Assembly (NCBI GenBank): GCA_965202985.1
Contig: CBDBCF010000001.1
Span: forward strand, 896,001 to 960,000
DNA length: 64,000 nt
Direction of reading: 5' to 3'
Source of the DNA: Longimicrobiales bacterium
GTDB lineage: Bacteria; Gemmatimonadota; Gemmatimonadetes; Longimicrobiales; Gaopeijiaceae
Position 1 is the first letter of the stretch. Each line of letters opens with the position of its first letter. Shown piece after piece: positions 43,042-51,768 of the stretch. Under the pieces are notes generated by a model, which saw nothing but the letters and a program-made list of their open reading frames with translations, was not told the origin of the DNA and made no database searches. The translations under genes were made by a program, and so were the position numbers.

Positions 43042-43424
43042 CTCCGCTCCTCGTTCCTCCCGGCCTTCAACCGCACCGCCGGCAGCTTCTTCAGCTGCTG
43101 GTTGCCTGGGTCCACGACGACGCCCATCGACTCCAGCGCCGTGACGCCCAGCAGCGGTTCCGCCTCGGTGTCGCCGAACACGATCGTTCCTCCAATGCGC
43201 CTCCCCATGAACTCGATCTGGGCAACCCCGATCTCCATCGGGACTCGCCTTCCGTCGGCCAGTTCGTACACCATCTGCTCGACCGGCTCCAGGCCGATGC
43301 CCTGCAGATGGCGCCTGGGAACTACGGAGTCCGTCGCGCCGGTGTCCACCAGGAACGGCGCGGTCCAACTTCGCGACCGGTCGGCCGGGTTGCTGACCGT
43401 CACCTCTACGTGGATTGCTCCCAT
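43032..43424 (-). CDS. Clan AA (retropepsin-like) aspartic protease, paralog of the adjacent gene
   Basis: GAGGG RBS; LVDTGAT, YELADG, PLLGVTALES. Confidence 0.85.
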   Translation of the reverse strand: MGAIHVEVTVSNPADRSRSWTAPFLVDTGATDSVVPRRHLQGIGLEPVEQMVYELADGRRVPMEIGVAQIEFMGRRIGGTIVFGDTEAEPLLGVTALESMGVVVDPGNQQLKKLPAVRLKAGRNEERRWE

Positions 43425-46400
43425 TTCTCGCCCTCCTCTTCGCCCGCCTTCAAGATGGCGCCGACCGGGATGGTGTGGCGGGCGTTCACGACCCGGCCGC
43501 CGACGAACGTACCGAATGGATTCCGAATTCTCAACAGCCGGGGCGAGGGCGTGGCGCAGTCGAACACGACGTACAACCAGTACCGGTCGCCCAGGTGGCA
43601 CGCCTGCTTCCACTCGTTCTCCTCCATCTGCACGCCGGCGCGGCCGGCGCGGCCCTTGACCTCGATGTGACGCTGCTGCCCGTCCGGGCGCCGGGACACC
43701 AAGTCGAAGCCGGGCCAGTCCGAGAAGCCTGCCGCGCGGGCCAGACGAGGCTTCGACACGTCGCGGACGACTCCTCCGCGCTCGCGTTCCCACGCGACGG
43801 CCACGCGGACGGCCGCCTCCTCCACGGGCGCGTCGTATGCTTCCAGCTCGCCGACGGCGTACTGGGCCGCGGGCACCACCAGGGCGTGGGCAAGGAAGCG
43901 GACACCGCCGGACACGATCCGCTCCGGCGCGGCGTCGAGTCCTTCCAGCGCGCGCTGCCGCTCAACGCCCAGGGCGCGCTGCTCCTCCTTCACCTTCTGC
44001 AAGTCCTGCTCCTCGCCACCGCCGTCCTCGGTCAGCCGCTTCCGACGATGGGCCACTTCCGCGCTTCGCAGGCCGAAGCCGGTCGCAACCTGCCGCCGGC
44101 GCTCGGGGAGTTCGGTCCGTTCCGCGTCGCGACGGTCCTCGACCAGCCGGGTCACGACCTGGGACTCGGCGTGGGCGACGGCGTCGGCGCGCATCGACAG
44201 GCTCCGGCCGGCCAGCGGCACTTGACCGGGCGCAACGTCGGTGCCGCTCAGTACCAGAAAGCGTTCGACGGGATGCTCGGTCGGGCCGGTATCGCCGCCG
44301 TCTCGCAGGGCCAGCAGTTGGCGCTCCAGGACCTGCGGCACGCCCGCCGCCCCCGCGCCGGGTTCCGGCTCCTCCTGCACCGTGGCCAGCGCCAAGTGGA
44401 GCACGTAGGGGGCGTCGGCGCGTCGGTCCGCGAAGACGGCGCCTCGCAACGCGTCGCGTCCGAAGGCGTCCAGTACCTGGGCGGCCAGGGCGTCGAACAC
44501 CGGTTCGCCTGGGTGGAGCCAGACGGCAGGGGCGCTCGCCACGGCGGGGACGCTCGAACCGCCGGCGGTCGCGCCAGCCACCTTCGGACGCCAAACGCAC
44601 AGCCGGTCCCGCGCCTCCTCGGGATAGCCGTCCAGCGCCGGAAGCAACGGGTCCAGGGCACCGGGGCGAAGGGGCACTAGGGCGAAGAAGCCGTCCAAGT
44701 CGCCGCGCACTTCCAGGCCCAGCAGCCGGGCGGCCCGCTCCACGAAGCCGCGCACGTAGCCGGGCAGAAGCTGAAGGTACTGTTCGCGCTTCACGTCGCC
44801 CCGCAACCCCTCCAGTCGCCCGGCCAAGTCGTCGGGGTCTCCGTACGCCTTCCGCTCCCGCTCGCCCACGGCCCGCACGCGGTCCCTCGTCAGGGCGCTC
44901 GCCACTCGCTCCGCGGCCTTGCCCGCTCCGGCCCCGTCGCGCCCGTCCTCCAGCGACGCCAGCATGTACGAGCGCAGCGACTGGTTGTCGAAGAGCTGGC
45001 CGATCACGTCGAACACCTTGTCCGAGTCCAGCTCCCGGCGGATCGCCTCCAGCTTGTCCAGCAGCACGCGGAGCACCCGGCCTTCGTGCGTCTTGCCGGC
45101 GACCAAGTTGACGATCTGCACGTTGTGCTTCTGGCCGTATCGGTGAATCCGGCCCATGCGCTGTTCGAGGCGCGCCGGGTTCCAGGGGATGTCGTAGTTG
45201 ACCATCAAGCGACAGAACTGAAGGTTGATCCCTTCGCCCGCCGCGTCGGTGGCCACCATGCAGCTCGCGCCCCCGGGACGTCGGAAGCGTTCGACCTGCT
45301 CTTCGCGGGCGGGCCACGCCATGCCGCCGTGTATCTGGGCCACCTTGCCCGCGTGGCCGAGCCCCTCCAGGCGCTGGACCAAGTAGCGCACCGTGTCGCG
45401 GTGCTCGCTGAAGATCAGCCACTTTTCGCCGGCATAGCGCGGGTCCTCCAACATTTCGCGCAACTTGTCGAACTTGGACTCGCGCCCGGATTCCAGCAGC
45501 CGGACGGCGCGCTCCCGAAGGCGGGCCACGACTCGGCTCTCGCGCATCAGCTCCTCGACGGTCACGGCCACCACCGCGCCCAGCACCGCGTCCTCGTATT
45601 CCTCGCTCCGCTCGCGACCGTCCGCGCCCTCGTCCTCGTCGGCGGCGTGGGAGTCGAAGAAGTCGTCGTCGTGGGTCCGGGCGAGCGTTTGCTGCCTGCG
45701 CAGCAGCTCGTCGGCGGAGACGCGGCCTGCGCGGAGGTCGTCGGCGGTGCGCTCCAGCTTCTCCATGCGGCGCTCGAACGAACGCAGCAGCGCGTAGGTA
45801 GAGCTGGCCAGCCGGCGCTGGAAGACGCTCATCGCCAGGCGGACGGCGGGGCGGTTCCGGAGCGCCCGGTTGTATGTGAGGCGCAGGTAGTCCGTGGTCT
45901 CGTCGTACAGCGCTTGTTCGCCGTGGGGACCGGGGGTCAGATCGTAGCTGAAGGTGTCGCACGCCCGGTGCGGATAGAGGGGCCGGCCCTGCAGATCGAC
46001 GATCGCCTCCTTGGTGCGGCGGACGAAGTGCCGGCTCCGGGCGGCGGGCGGGAAGCGGCGAAGGGCCTCCGGTGTCGAGAACACGCGGTGGTCCAGCAGG
46101 CGCCACAGGTGATGGTAGGGCGAGTCCTTGCCCATGTGCGGCGTCGCGGTCAGCAGCAACAAGTGGCGAGCCGACCACTCCAGGCCGGCGAAGCGCTTGG
46201 CCGGGCGTCCGCAGCCCGCCAGAGCCTCGGCCAGCTCGTAGCGCCGTGTCTTGCGCACGCGCCTGTCGTCGGCGGTCGCGGCCAGCTTGTGCGCTTCGTC
46301 GAAGACCACGAGATCGTAGGCGGCGGCGGGGCCCGCCTCCCTGAGCGCACCGAACGCCCGGTCCCCCGCCAGCGTGTCGAGCGAGACGATCGCCAGGTCG

Positions 46401-47074
46401 CTCCAGGCGTCGGCCGCTCCGCGCAGCGTCGGCCCCGAGCGGCGCAGATCAGCCCCCGACACGATGCGGAAGTCCAGCCGGAAGAGGGTGCGGAGCTCCC
46501 GTTCCCAGTTGCCGACCAAGCCGGCCGGCGGGACCACGAGCACGCGCCGCAGGCGGCTCCGCGACAGCATCTCGCGGACGTACAGGCCGGTCATGATCGT
46601 CTTGCCGGCACCGGCGTCGTCGGCCAGCAGGAAGCGGAGCGGGTCCTGGGTCAGCATCCGTTCGTAGACGGCGATGCGCTGGTGGGGCAGCGGATCGATC
46701 CGCGAAGTCTCGCTGGCGAACACCGGGTTGAACTGGTGGCCGTGAAGGAGCCGCCAAGCCGAGACGACGGCCAAGACCGCCTCTGGAGCGCCCGCGAAGT
46801 CGAGGGGCGGCGCAGGAGCGGGGCCAAGGGGATGCGACGGAGCGGGAGCGACGGGGGGCGACGGTCGAAGTGCGACTTCGCGCGTCGCTTCGGCCAGCTC
46901 ATCCAGACGTTCGCGGGCCATGGCGTGAGGCCGCGATTTCCCGGCTTCCCAGCGGTGCACGGTGATCGGGCTGACCCGGAGGCGGTCCGCCAGTTCGCGC
47001 TGGGTCAGCCCCAGCTTTCGACGGAGCGAGCGGAGGCCGGCCTGGGCGGGCGCGGCTCGATCAATGGTGGCCAT
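43406..47074 (-). CDS. XRE-HTH + SNF2-family helicase + DUF3883 nuclease fusion
   Basis: LTQRELA..VHRWEAG HTH; LADDAGAGKT, DEAH, LTATPH, ATDAAGEGINLQ, EQRMGRIHRYGQ; GFDL..IEVKG..NEW...YWLYVV. Confidence 0.9.
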   Translation of the reverse strand: MATIDRAAPAQAGLRSLRRKLGLTQRELADRLRVSPITVHRWEAGKSRPHAMARERLDELAEATREVALRPSPPVAPAPSHPLGPAPAPPLDFAGAPEAVLAVVSAWRLLHGHQFNPVFASETSRIDPLPHQRIAVYERMLTQDPLRFLLADDAGAGKTIMTGLYVREMLSRSRLRRVLVVPPAGLVGNWERELRTLFRLDFRIVSGADLRRSGPTLRGAADAWSDLAIVSLDTLAGDRAFGALREAGPAAAYDLVVFDEAHKLAATADDRRVRKTRRYELAEALAGCGRPAKRFAGLEWSARHLLLLTATPHMGKDSPYHHLWRLLDHRVFSTPEALRRFPPAARSRHFVRRTKEAIVDLQGRPLYPHRACDTFSYDLTPGPHGEQALYDETTDYLRLTYNRALRNRPAVRLAMSVFQRRLASSTYALLRSFERRMEKLERTADDLRAGRVSADELLRRQQTLARTHDDDFFDSHAADEDEGADGRERSEEYEDAVLGAVVAVTVEELMRESRVVARLRERAVRLLESGRESKFDKLREMLEDPRYAGEKWLIFSEHRDTVRYLVQRLEGLGHAGKVAQIHGGMAWPAREEQVERFRRPGGASCMVATDAAGEGINLQFCRLMVNYDIPWNPARLEQRMGRIHRYGQKHNVQIVNLVAGKTHEGRVLRVLLDKLEAIRRELDSDKVFDVIGQLFDNQSLRSYMLASLEDGRDGAGAGKAAERVASALTRDRVRAVGERERKAYGDPDDLAGRLEGLRGDVKREQYLQLLPGYVRGFVERAARLLGLEVRGDLDGFFALVPLRPGALDPLLPALDGYPEEARDRLCVWRPKVAGATAGGSSVPAVASAPAVWLHPGEPVFDALAAQVLDAFGRDALRGAVFADRRADAPYVLHLALATVQEEPEPGAGAAGVPQVLERQLLALRDGGDTGPTEHPVERFLVLSGTDVAPGQVPLAGRSLSMRADAVAHAESQVVTRLVEDRRDAERTELPERRRQVATGFGLRSAEVAHRRKRLTEDGGGEEQDLQKVKEEQRALGVERQRALEGLDAAPERIVSGGVRFLAHALVVPAAQYAVGELEAYDAPVEEAAVRVAVAWERERGGVVRDVSKPRLARAAGFSDWPGFDLVSRRPDGQQRHIEVKGRAGRAGVQMEENEWKQACHLGDRYWLYVVFDCATPSPRLLRIRNPFGTFVGGRVVNARHTIPVGAILKAGEEEGEKWEQST

Positions 47075-47080
47075 TCCTTA

Positions 47081-47109
47081 AATATGGGCAGATTCGGTGT
47101 CCGTGTCAA
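47081..47109 (-). promoter_or_regulatory. Candidate sigma70 promoter positioned for a leaderless transcript
   Basis: TTGACA-17bp-CATATT, then 6 nt to the helicase ATG. Confidence 0.65.
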
Positions 47110-47182
47110 GATGTGGTCGTTTGATTCTTATCATGTGCTAGTTTGGCGACTCTGGCCGCAGAATTCAAGCGGTCTCTCCGTT

Positions 47183-47200
47183 GTCAACAGGACTGTTGAC
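47183..47200. promoter_or_regulatory. Perfect 8-bp inverted repeat, operator-like
   Basis: GTCAACAG-GA-CTGTTGAC in the AT-rich island border. Confidence 0.35.
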
Positions 47201-47379
47201 GCTCATCTTTCGTTCTGGCTCTACTAAGCCCCACAATCACGGAGGAGCAGGCGACGTTACCCCACACGGACGACGCTCCGGAACGAGGGTGGCGCGTGCC
47301 CCGGGGCCGGCAGATGCTTCGCGTCAGTCGGGGGATCCCGTCGCCGGCTTCCTGGCGGCGATGAGCTTCTCCACCCTCG

Positions 47380-47625
47380 CCCGCCGCTTACGGGAACCCG
47401 ATGATGGCGCCGACGGTCAGGACGGAGCTGCGCGGCGGAACGCGCGTCGACCTGCCGGTGGGGCTCAACGTGTACTTCTCCGACGGCCCGCTGAAGGGCC
47501 ACCGGATCGCGGCGGAGTGGAGCTTGCCGCTGTACCAGAGCTTGGACGGCCCGCAACTGCAGACGGACTGGACGCTGATGATCGGCTGGCAGAAGGCGTT
47601 CGAGCCCCTGGGCCACGGGCACTGA
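47380..47625 (+). pseudogene. 3' fragment of a probable outer-membrane transporter-like gene
   Basis: NPMMAPT..RGG.R.D...GLN, GHRIAAEWSLPLYQSLDGPQL beta-strand pattern; in-frame stop at 47362 upstream. Confidence 0.5.
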
Positions 47626-47719
47626 CGAAGGACGCGAGTCCGCAGGCAAGGTGGCCGCAAGTCGCCCGTCGGCGATCTGCGGGTCGTCGGCGGGCGCGCG
47701 GCCGGACCTCAGGCGGGCG

Positions 47720-48691
47720 TCAGCGGCCTCCTTCGGACTGGGTCGCCACCGACGCCAGCGGCGCTTCGGTCACCCGCAACTGGAACACGTCCGGGCGGGC
47801 GTAGTGGCCGGTCACGTCGAAGTCGAACTTGCCGCGGGCCACGTCGGCCATGTCCAAGTCGGCGTAGAGGACGCCGGGTTCGCCCAAGAGGGGGCCGGCC
47901 ACGGGGGTGCCTTGGGGGTCGTAGATCGAGGAGCCGCCGGGGCAAAGCACGTCGGGCCAGTCCGCCATTTCGTCGAGGATCTCGATGTCGGGAGGAAAGT
48001 GGTCCTTGGCGACGAACTGGTTGCAGCCGACGACGAAGCAGCGGCCCTCCAGGGCGATGTGGCGCAGGGTGGCTTGCCAGCGGTCGCGGGCGTCGGCGGT
48101 GGGGGCCAAGTAGATCTCGACGCCCTTGCCGTACATGGTCATGCGGGCCAGGGGCATGTAGTTCTCCCAGCAGATCAGGCCGCCGACCTTGCCGAAGGGG
48201 GTGTCGATCACGGGGAGCGTGCTGCCGTCGCCCTCGCCCCAGATGAGGCGCTCGGCGGCGGTGGGCTTGAGCTTGCGGTGAAGGCCCGCCAGTTCGCCGG
48301 CGGGCGAGAAGTACAGGAGCGTGCAGAAGAGCGTGCCGGGGGCGTGCGGCGCGTCGCGTTCGACGACTCCGACCGCCACGTACGCTCCGGCGCTCCGAGC
48401 GGCTTCGGCGATGCGCTCGGTCTCGGGGCCGGGCACGGCGACCGTGGCGTCTCGATAGCGCCCGAAGGTGCGCCTTCCCGCGGGCTTGCGGCCCCCGACG
48501 GCGGTGCCGAAGGCCAGTCCCCAGGGGTAGCCCCCGACGAACGCCTCCGGGAAGACGATCAGCTGGGCGCCCTCGGCGGCCGCTTCGGCGGTGGCGGCGC
48601 AGACTCGATCCACGGCGGAGGCCGAGTCGAAGGGGAAGCCGCGGGGCTGGACGACGGCGACGCGCACTCGGTCTTTGTTGGTGGCAGCCAT
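47720..48691 (-). CDS. Nitrilase / carbon-nitrogen hydrolase
   Basis: FPEAF.GGYP, HRKLKPT, ICWENYMP (E-K-C triad), GHYARPD. Confidence 0.93.
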   Translation of the reverse strand: MAATNKDRVRVAVVQPRGFPFDSASAVDRVCAATAEAAAEGAQLIVFPEAFVGGYPWGLAFGTAVGGRKPAGRRTFGRYRDATVAVPGPETERIAEAARSAGAYVAVGVVERDAPHAPGTLFCTLLYFSPAGELAGLHRKLKPTAAERLIWGEGDGSTLPVIDTPFGKVGGLICWENYMPLARMTMYGKGVEIYLAPTADARDRWQATLRHIALEGRCFVVGCNQFVAKDHFPPDIEILDEMADWPDVLCPGGSSIYDPQGTPVAGPLLGEPGVLYADLDMADVARGKFDFDVTGHYARPDVFQLRVTEAPLASVATQSEGGR

Positions 48692-48942
48692 TTGGGCGAG
48701 CGGGCCTCTCTTGCCGATCCTGCGGGAAGCGGGCAGTCTTGGTTTCGGTGCGAATCCACCCGTCCGCGGGCCGTTCGAGCCGACCGCGAACCTAAGCGCC
48801 CTGCCCTTCCCGGCCCAAATGCCGGAGGCCGGCCTGCACAGGAAGACGAACCGTTGAACAACTCGCTGCCCACCCGCGTTTCCCGTGCCTTCCGCGCCGC
48901 TTCCAAGGACGGACTGTCCAAGGCGGCTCGGGCCGTCTTGCC
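48692..48942 (+). repeat. 251-bp direct repeat, copy 1 (intergenic region plus first ~30 codons of the amidohydrolase)
   Basis: Near-identical to 51499-51768. Confidence 0.95.
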
Positions 48943-49056
48943 TGCGAGCGCTCGTCAGCAGCCCCCGGTTCCCCACGACCACGACCTTCTCCAGACCGAA
49001 GCGACCGGTCGCCGGACCGGATTTCTCCGCCCGACCCAGCCCACGGAAACGACCGC

Positions 49057-50211
49057 ATGAAGCCGAAAGTGATGCCCAGGCTCCGTGGTCGTGCGCGCGT
49101 TGTCGTCTTCAACTTGGCCGGAGTCGCGGTTGGGCTGGCCGTCCTTGCACTTGCCGCCGAAGGCTGGGCTCGCGCCAAGGCGGAGTTCAGAACCCCAATT
49201 CTACAACGAAACTACGTTCACCCCAAGGCCGGGCGGCTTTATGTGCCAGGATCGGAAGTCAGGTTTACCAACATGCTGGACTTCTGGACCATCTCCCGCG
49301 TCAACCGCTGGGGCTTTCTCGATCGCCCCCCCCCCCCCCCCCCCCCGACGAACGGTGCCAACGAGCCGTCGTGCCGCGTGGCCGTCGTCGGCGATTCGTT
49401 CGTGGAGGGCACGCAAGTTCCCGTTTCGGACAAGCTGCATGTGCGACTCGAAGAGATGGCGCACGAACGCCTGCCTGCGCTCGGCATCGCCACTTCCGCC
49501 TATGGCAGGCGCGGCACCGGACAGATCAACCAGCTGGGCTACTACGACGAGTTCGTCTCTCGGACCTCGCCGGACATCGTGGTGCTCGTGTTCGTGAGCA
49601 ACGACTTCTTTGAAAACCAAGAGGACCGGGGGCCCGATCAACCATGGGTAACGGCGACAAGAGGCAAGGACGGCTCCTTCGAGCTTCGACCACCCGCTGC
49701 ACCACAGTTGAAAAAGGGTGGAAGCGGCGTTGCCGGCTCCGTGGACAAGCCGGCGTTGCCTGTGTGGGACGCCCTGCGCCGCTTCAAGTACCGAGTCGTG
49801 AACTCGTCGTACTTTCTCGGAATGCTCTCATCGAAGATCGACTTCGCGGCCCAAGATCTGCCCGCGGCTGCGTCTGGAAGGGAGGCTCTCGAGTACACGG
49901 CCTTCGCTCTTGACCAGTGGAGGGCGCGAGCCCGGCGCGACGGTTTCTTACTGGCGGTCCTCGCGACATACACAGTCGGCGAGCGCGGCCTCTTCGAACT
50001 GGAGCGCATGGCGTCCGCTCGAGACATTCCGGTCGTTGATCAGCTCGCCGTTGTCATGCGTCGGAACGGCCGCGTTCAAGATCTGCACTTTGCCCACGAC
50101 GGCCACTGGAACGCCACGGGTCACCAGCGGGCCGCGGAAGCTCTGCTGGAATGGCTGGAACGGAACCGGGACGCCTGTGCTCGCGGTGAGCCGCCCGATC
50201 CGCACGAATGA
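49057..50211 (+). CDS. Membrane-anchored SGNH/GDSL-fold protein (AlgX/AlgJ-like)
   Basis: N-terminal TM segment, GDSFVEG, FVSNDF, DGHWN..GH. Confidence 0.8.
   Translation: MKPKVMPRLRGRARVVVFNLAGVAVGLAVLALAAEGWARAKAEFRTPILQRNYVHPKAGRLYVPGSEVRFTNMLDFWTISRVNRWGFLDRPPPPPPPTNGANEPSCRVAVVGDSFVEGTQVPVSDKLHVRLEEMAHERLPALGIATSAYGRRGTGQINQLGYYDEFVSRTSPDIVVLVFVSNDFFENQEDRGPDQPWVTATRGKDGSFELRPPAAPQLKKGGSGVAGSVDKPALPVWDALRRFKYRVVNSSYFLGMLSSKIDFAAQDLPAAASGREALEYTAFALDQWRARARRDGFLLAVLATYTVGERGLFELERMASARDIPVVDQLAVVMRRNGRVQDLHFAHDGHWNATGHQRAAEALLEWLERNRDACARGEPPDPHE
49326..49346 (+). repeat. C21 homopolymer inside the SGNH CDS
   Basis: 21 consecutive C, in frame, encoding a Pro7 run. Confidence 0.9.
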
Positions 50212-50549
50212 GCCAACGGGTTCGTCGGCGCACTGTTCTGGCTTGGGGGCCGCGTCTCTTGCGTGCCGAGCATTGGACTGACCTGCCCCGATTCGGTGGA
50301 CAGTTTGACTTCTATGGGTGATCTTGGTGCTCATTGGTCGAAGTTGGCATGCCGCGAGCAGCCGACCAAGTCTATTGCGGCCCCGGGCTCTCGGGCGGCC
50401 GACCGGCGACCGGGGAAGCCGTTGCCGGTCTTGGCTGCCTCGGCGCTCGGACACCAACGAGCTTCCCCTCGCTCGCGCCGTTCTCGGCGGCAGCCGGCTT
50501 CGTTCCGGTGACGGTTGTCGAGCACGACTTCTCGCTGTCGTACCACAGG

Positions 50550-51496
50550 CGTGCGGGTCAGTTCCGAGACGGTTCGGCGCTGGATGCAGGGGGACGGGGC
50601 TGTGGCAGCGCAAGCGCAAGCGGACGAGGCATCGGAGCCGGCGTCCTCGGCGGGCGGCGCTGGGCGAGCTGGTGCAGTGGGACAGTTCGGTGCATCCCTG
50701 GCTGGAGGACCGGGGTGCGGCCGACCTGGTGCTGATCTCGATCCACGACGACGCGACGAACCGATTGCAGATGGCGCACTTCGTCGAGCGCGACGACGGC
50801 GCCGAGAACCGCCGGGCGCTGATCGCGTACCTGCGGCGCCACGGCCGGCCGCTGGCGTTCTACGCCGACCACGCCGGTCACTTCGGGCAGTGGATGACGG
50901 CGAAGGGGAGGCGGACGGACACGATCATCGCCCGGGGTCTGGGCGAACTGGGGGTCGAGTTGATCCTTGCGGGCTCGCCGCAGGCGAAGGGGCGGGTCGA
51001 GCGCAGCTTCGGGACGGCTCAGGACCGGCTGGTCAAGGAGATACGCGTGGAGGGAGTCGCCAGCCTCGCCGAGGCGAACCGCTTCCTGGACCAGTGCTCG
51101 ACGCCGTTGTGGAACGAGCGGTTTGTCGTGGCGCCGAAGGACCCCCGCGACGCCCACCGCCCGTTGCCGTCGGAGGCGGACCTGGACGCGCTCTTCGCGG
51201 AGACGGAGACGCGGACCGTGGCGAACGACTTCACGGTCCGCTTCGAGAACCGGTGCTGGCAGGTGCCGGAGCGGGAGGCCGCGGGCGTTCATGCAACCGG
51301 GGCGGTCGCCCCGCACCCACCACCCAGGAAGTGCGGCAAGCACCCGGACGGACGATGATCTTCCAGGGCGGAAGCCCATTGGAGATCGGGACTCGGACGA
51401 TCACCCTCCGACGGACACGGCGGAGGACGGCAACCACCACAGGGAGGACATTTCTACTGTGGCCTACCCCCCGGACATTTCTACTGTGGCCTGACA
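50550..51496 (+). mobile_element. IS1202/ISNCY-like insertion sequence remnant (5'-truncated, frameshifted DDE transposase, right end intact)
   Basis: VSSETVRRWM then frameshift in a G run to GLW...GELVQWDSS.HPWLE, IHDDAT, SPQAKGRVER; two GGACATTTCTACTGTGGCCT repeats (51446, 51473) ending in TGACA. Confidence 0.8.
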
Positions 51497-51498
51497 AA

Positions 51499-51768
51499 TT
51501 GGGCGAGCGGGCCTCTCTTGCCCGAGCGGGCCTCTCTTGCCGAACCTGCGGGAAGCGGGCAGTCTTGGTTGCGGTGCGAATCCGCCCGTCCGCGGGCCGT
51601 TCGAACCAACCGCGAACCTAAGCGCCCTGCCCTTCCCGGCCCAAATGCCGGAGGCCGGCCTGCACAGGAGGACGAACCGTTGAACAACTCGCTGCCCACC
51701 CGCGTTTCCCGTGCCTTCCGCGCCGCTTCCAAGGACGGACTGCCCAAGGCGGCTCGGGCCGTCTTGCC
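51499..51768 (+). repeat. Direct repeat copy 2, with an internal 19-bp tandem duplication (51504-51541)
   Basis: Matches 48692-48942; CGAGCGGGCCTCTCTTGCC twice. Confidence 0.95.

Larger units (their letters stand above)
26344..47074. other. Defence island built on an SNF2-DUF3883 / DUF1156 / DUF499 core with inserted cargo genes
   Basis: Cluster of methyltransferases, nucleases, NTPases and helicase between rocD and a gene fragment; mosaic base composition; no integrase seen. Confidence 0.85.

Noticed and set aside
26344..47074. Calling the island BREX, DISARM or a prophage/ICE
   Set aside because: No PglZ, DrmA/B-type set, integrase, conjugation or virion genes were recognised
51497..51545. 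dif/Xer site next to the IS1202-like end
   Set aside because: No XerC/XerD-like 11-6-11 arrangement with a TTATGTTAAAT-like arm is visible
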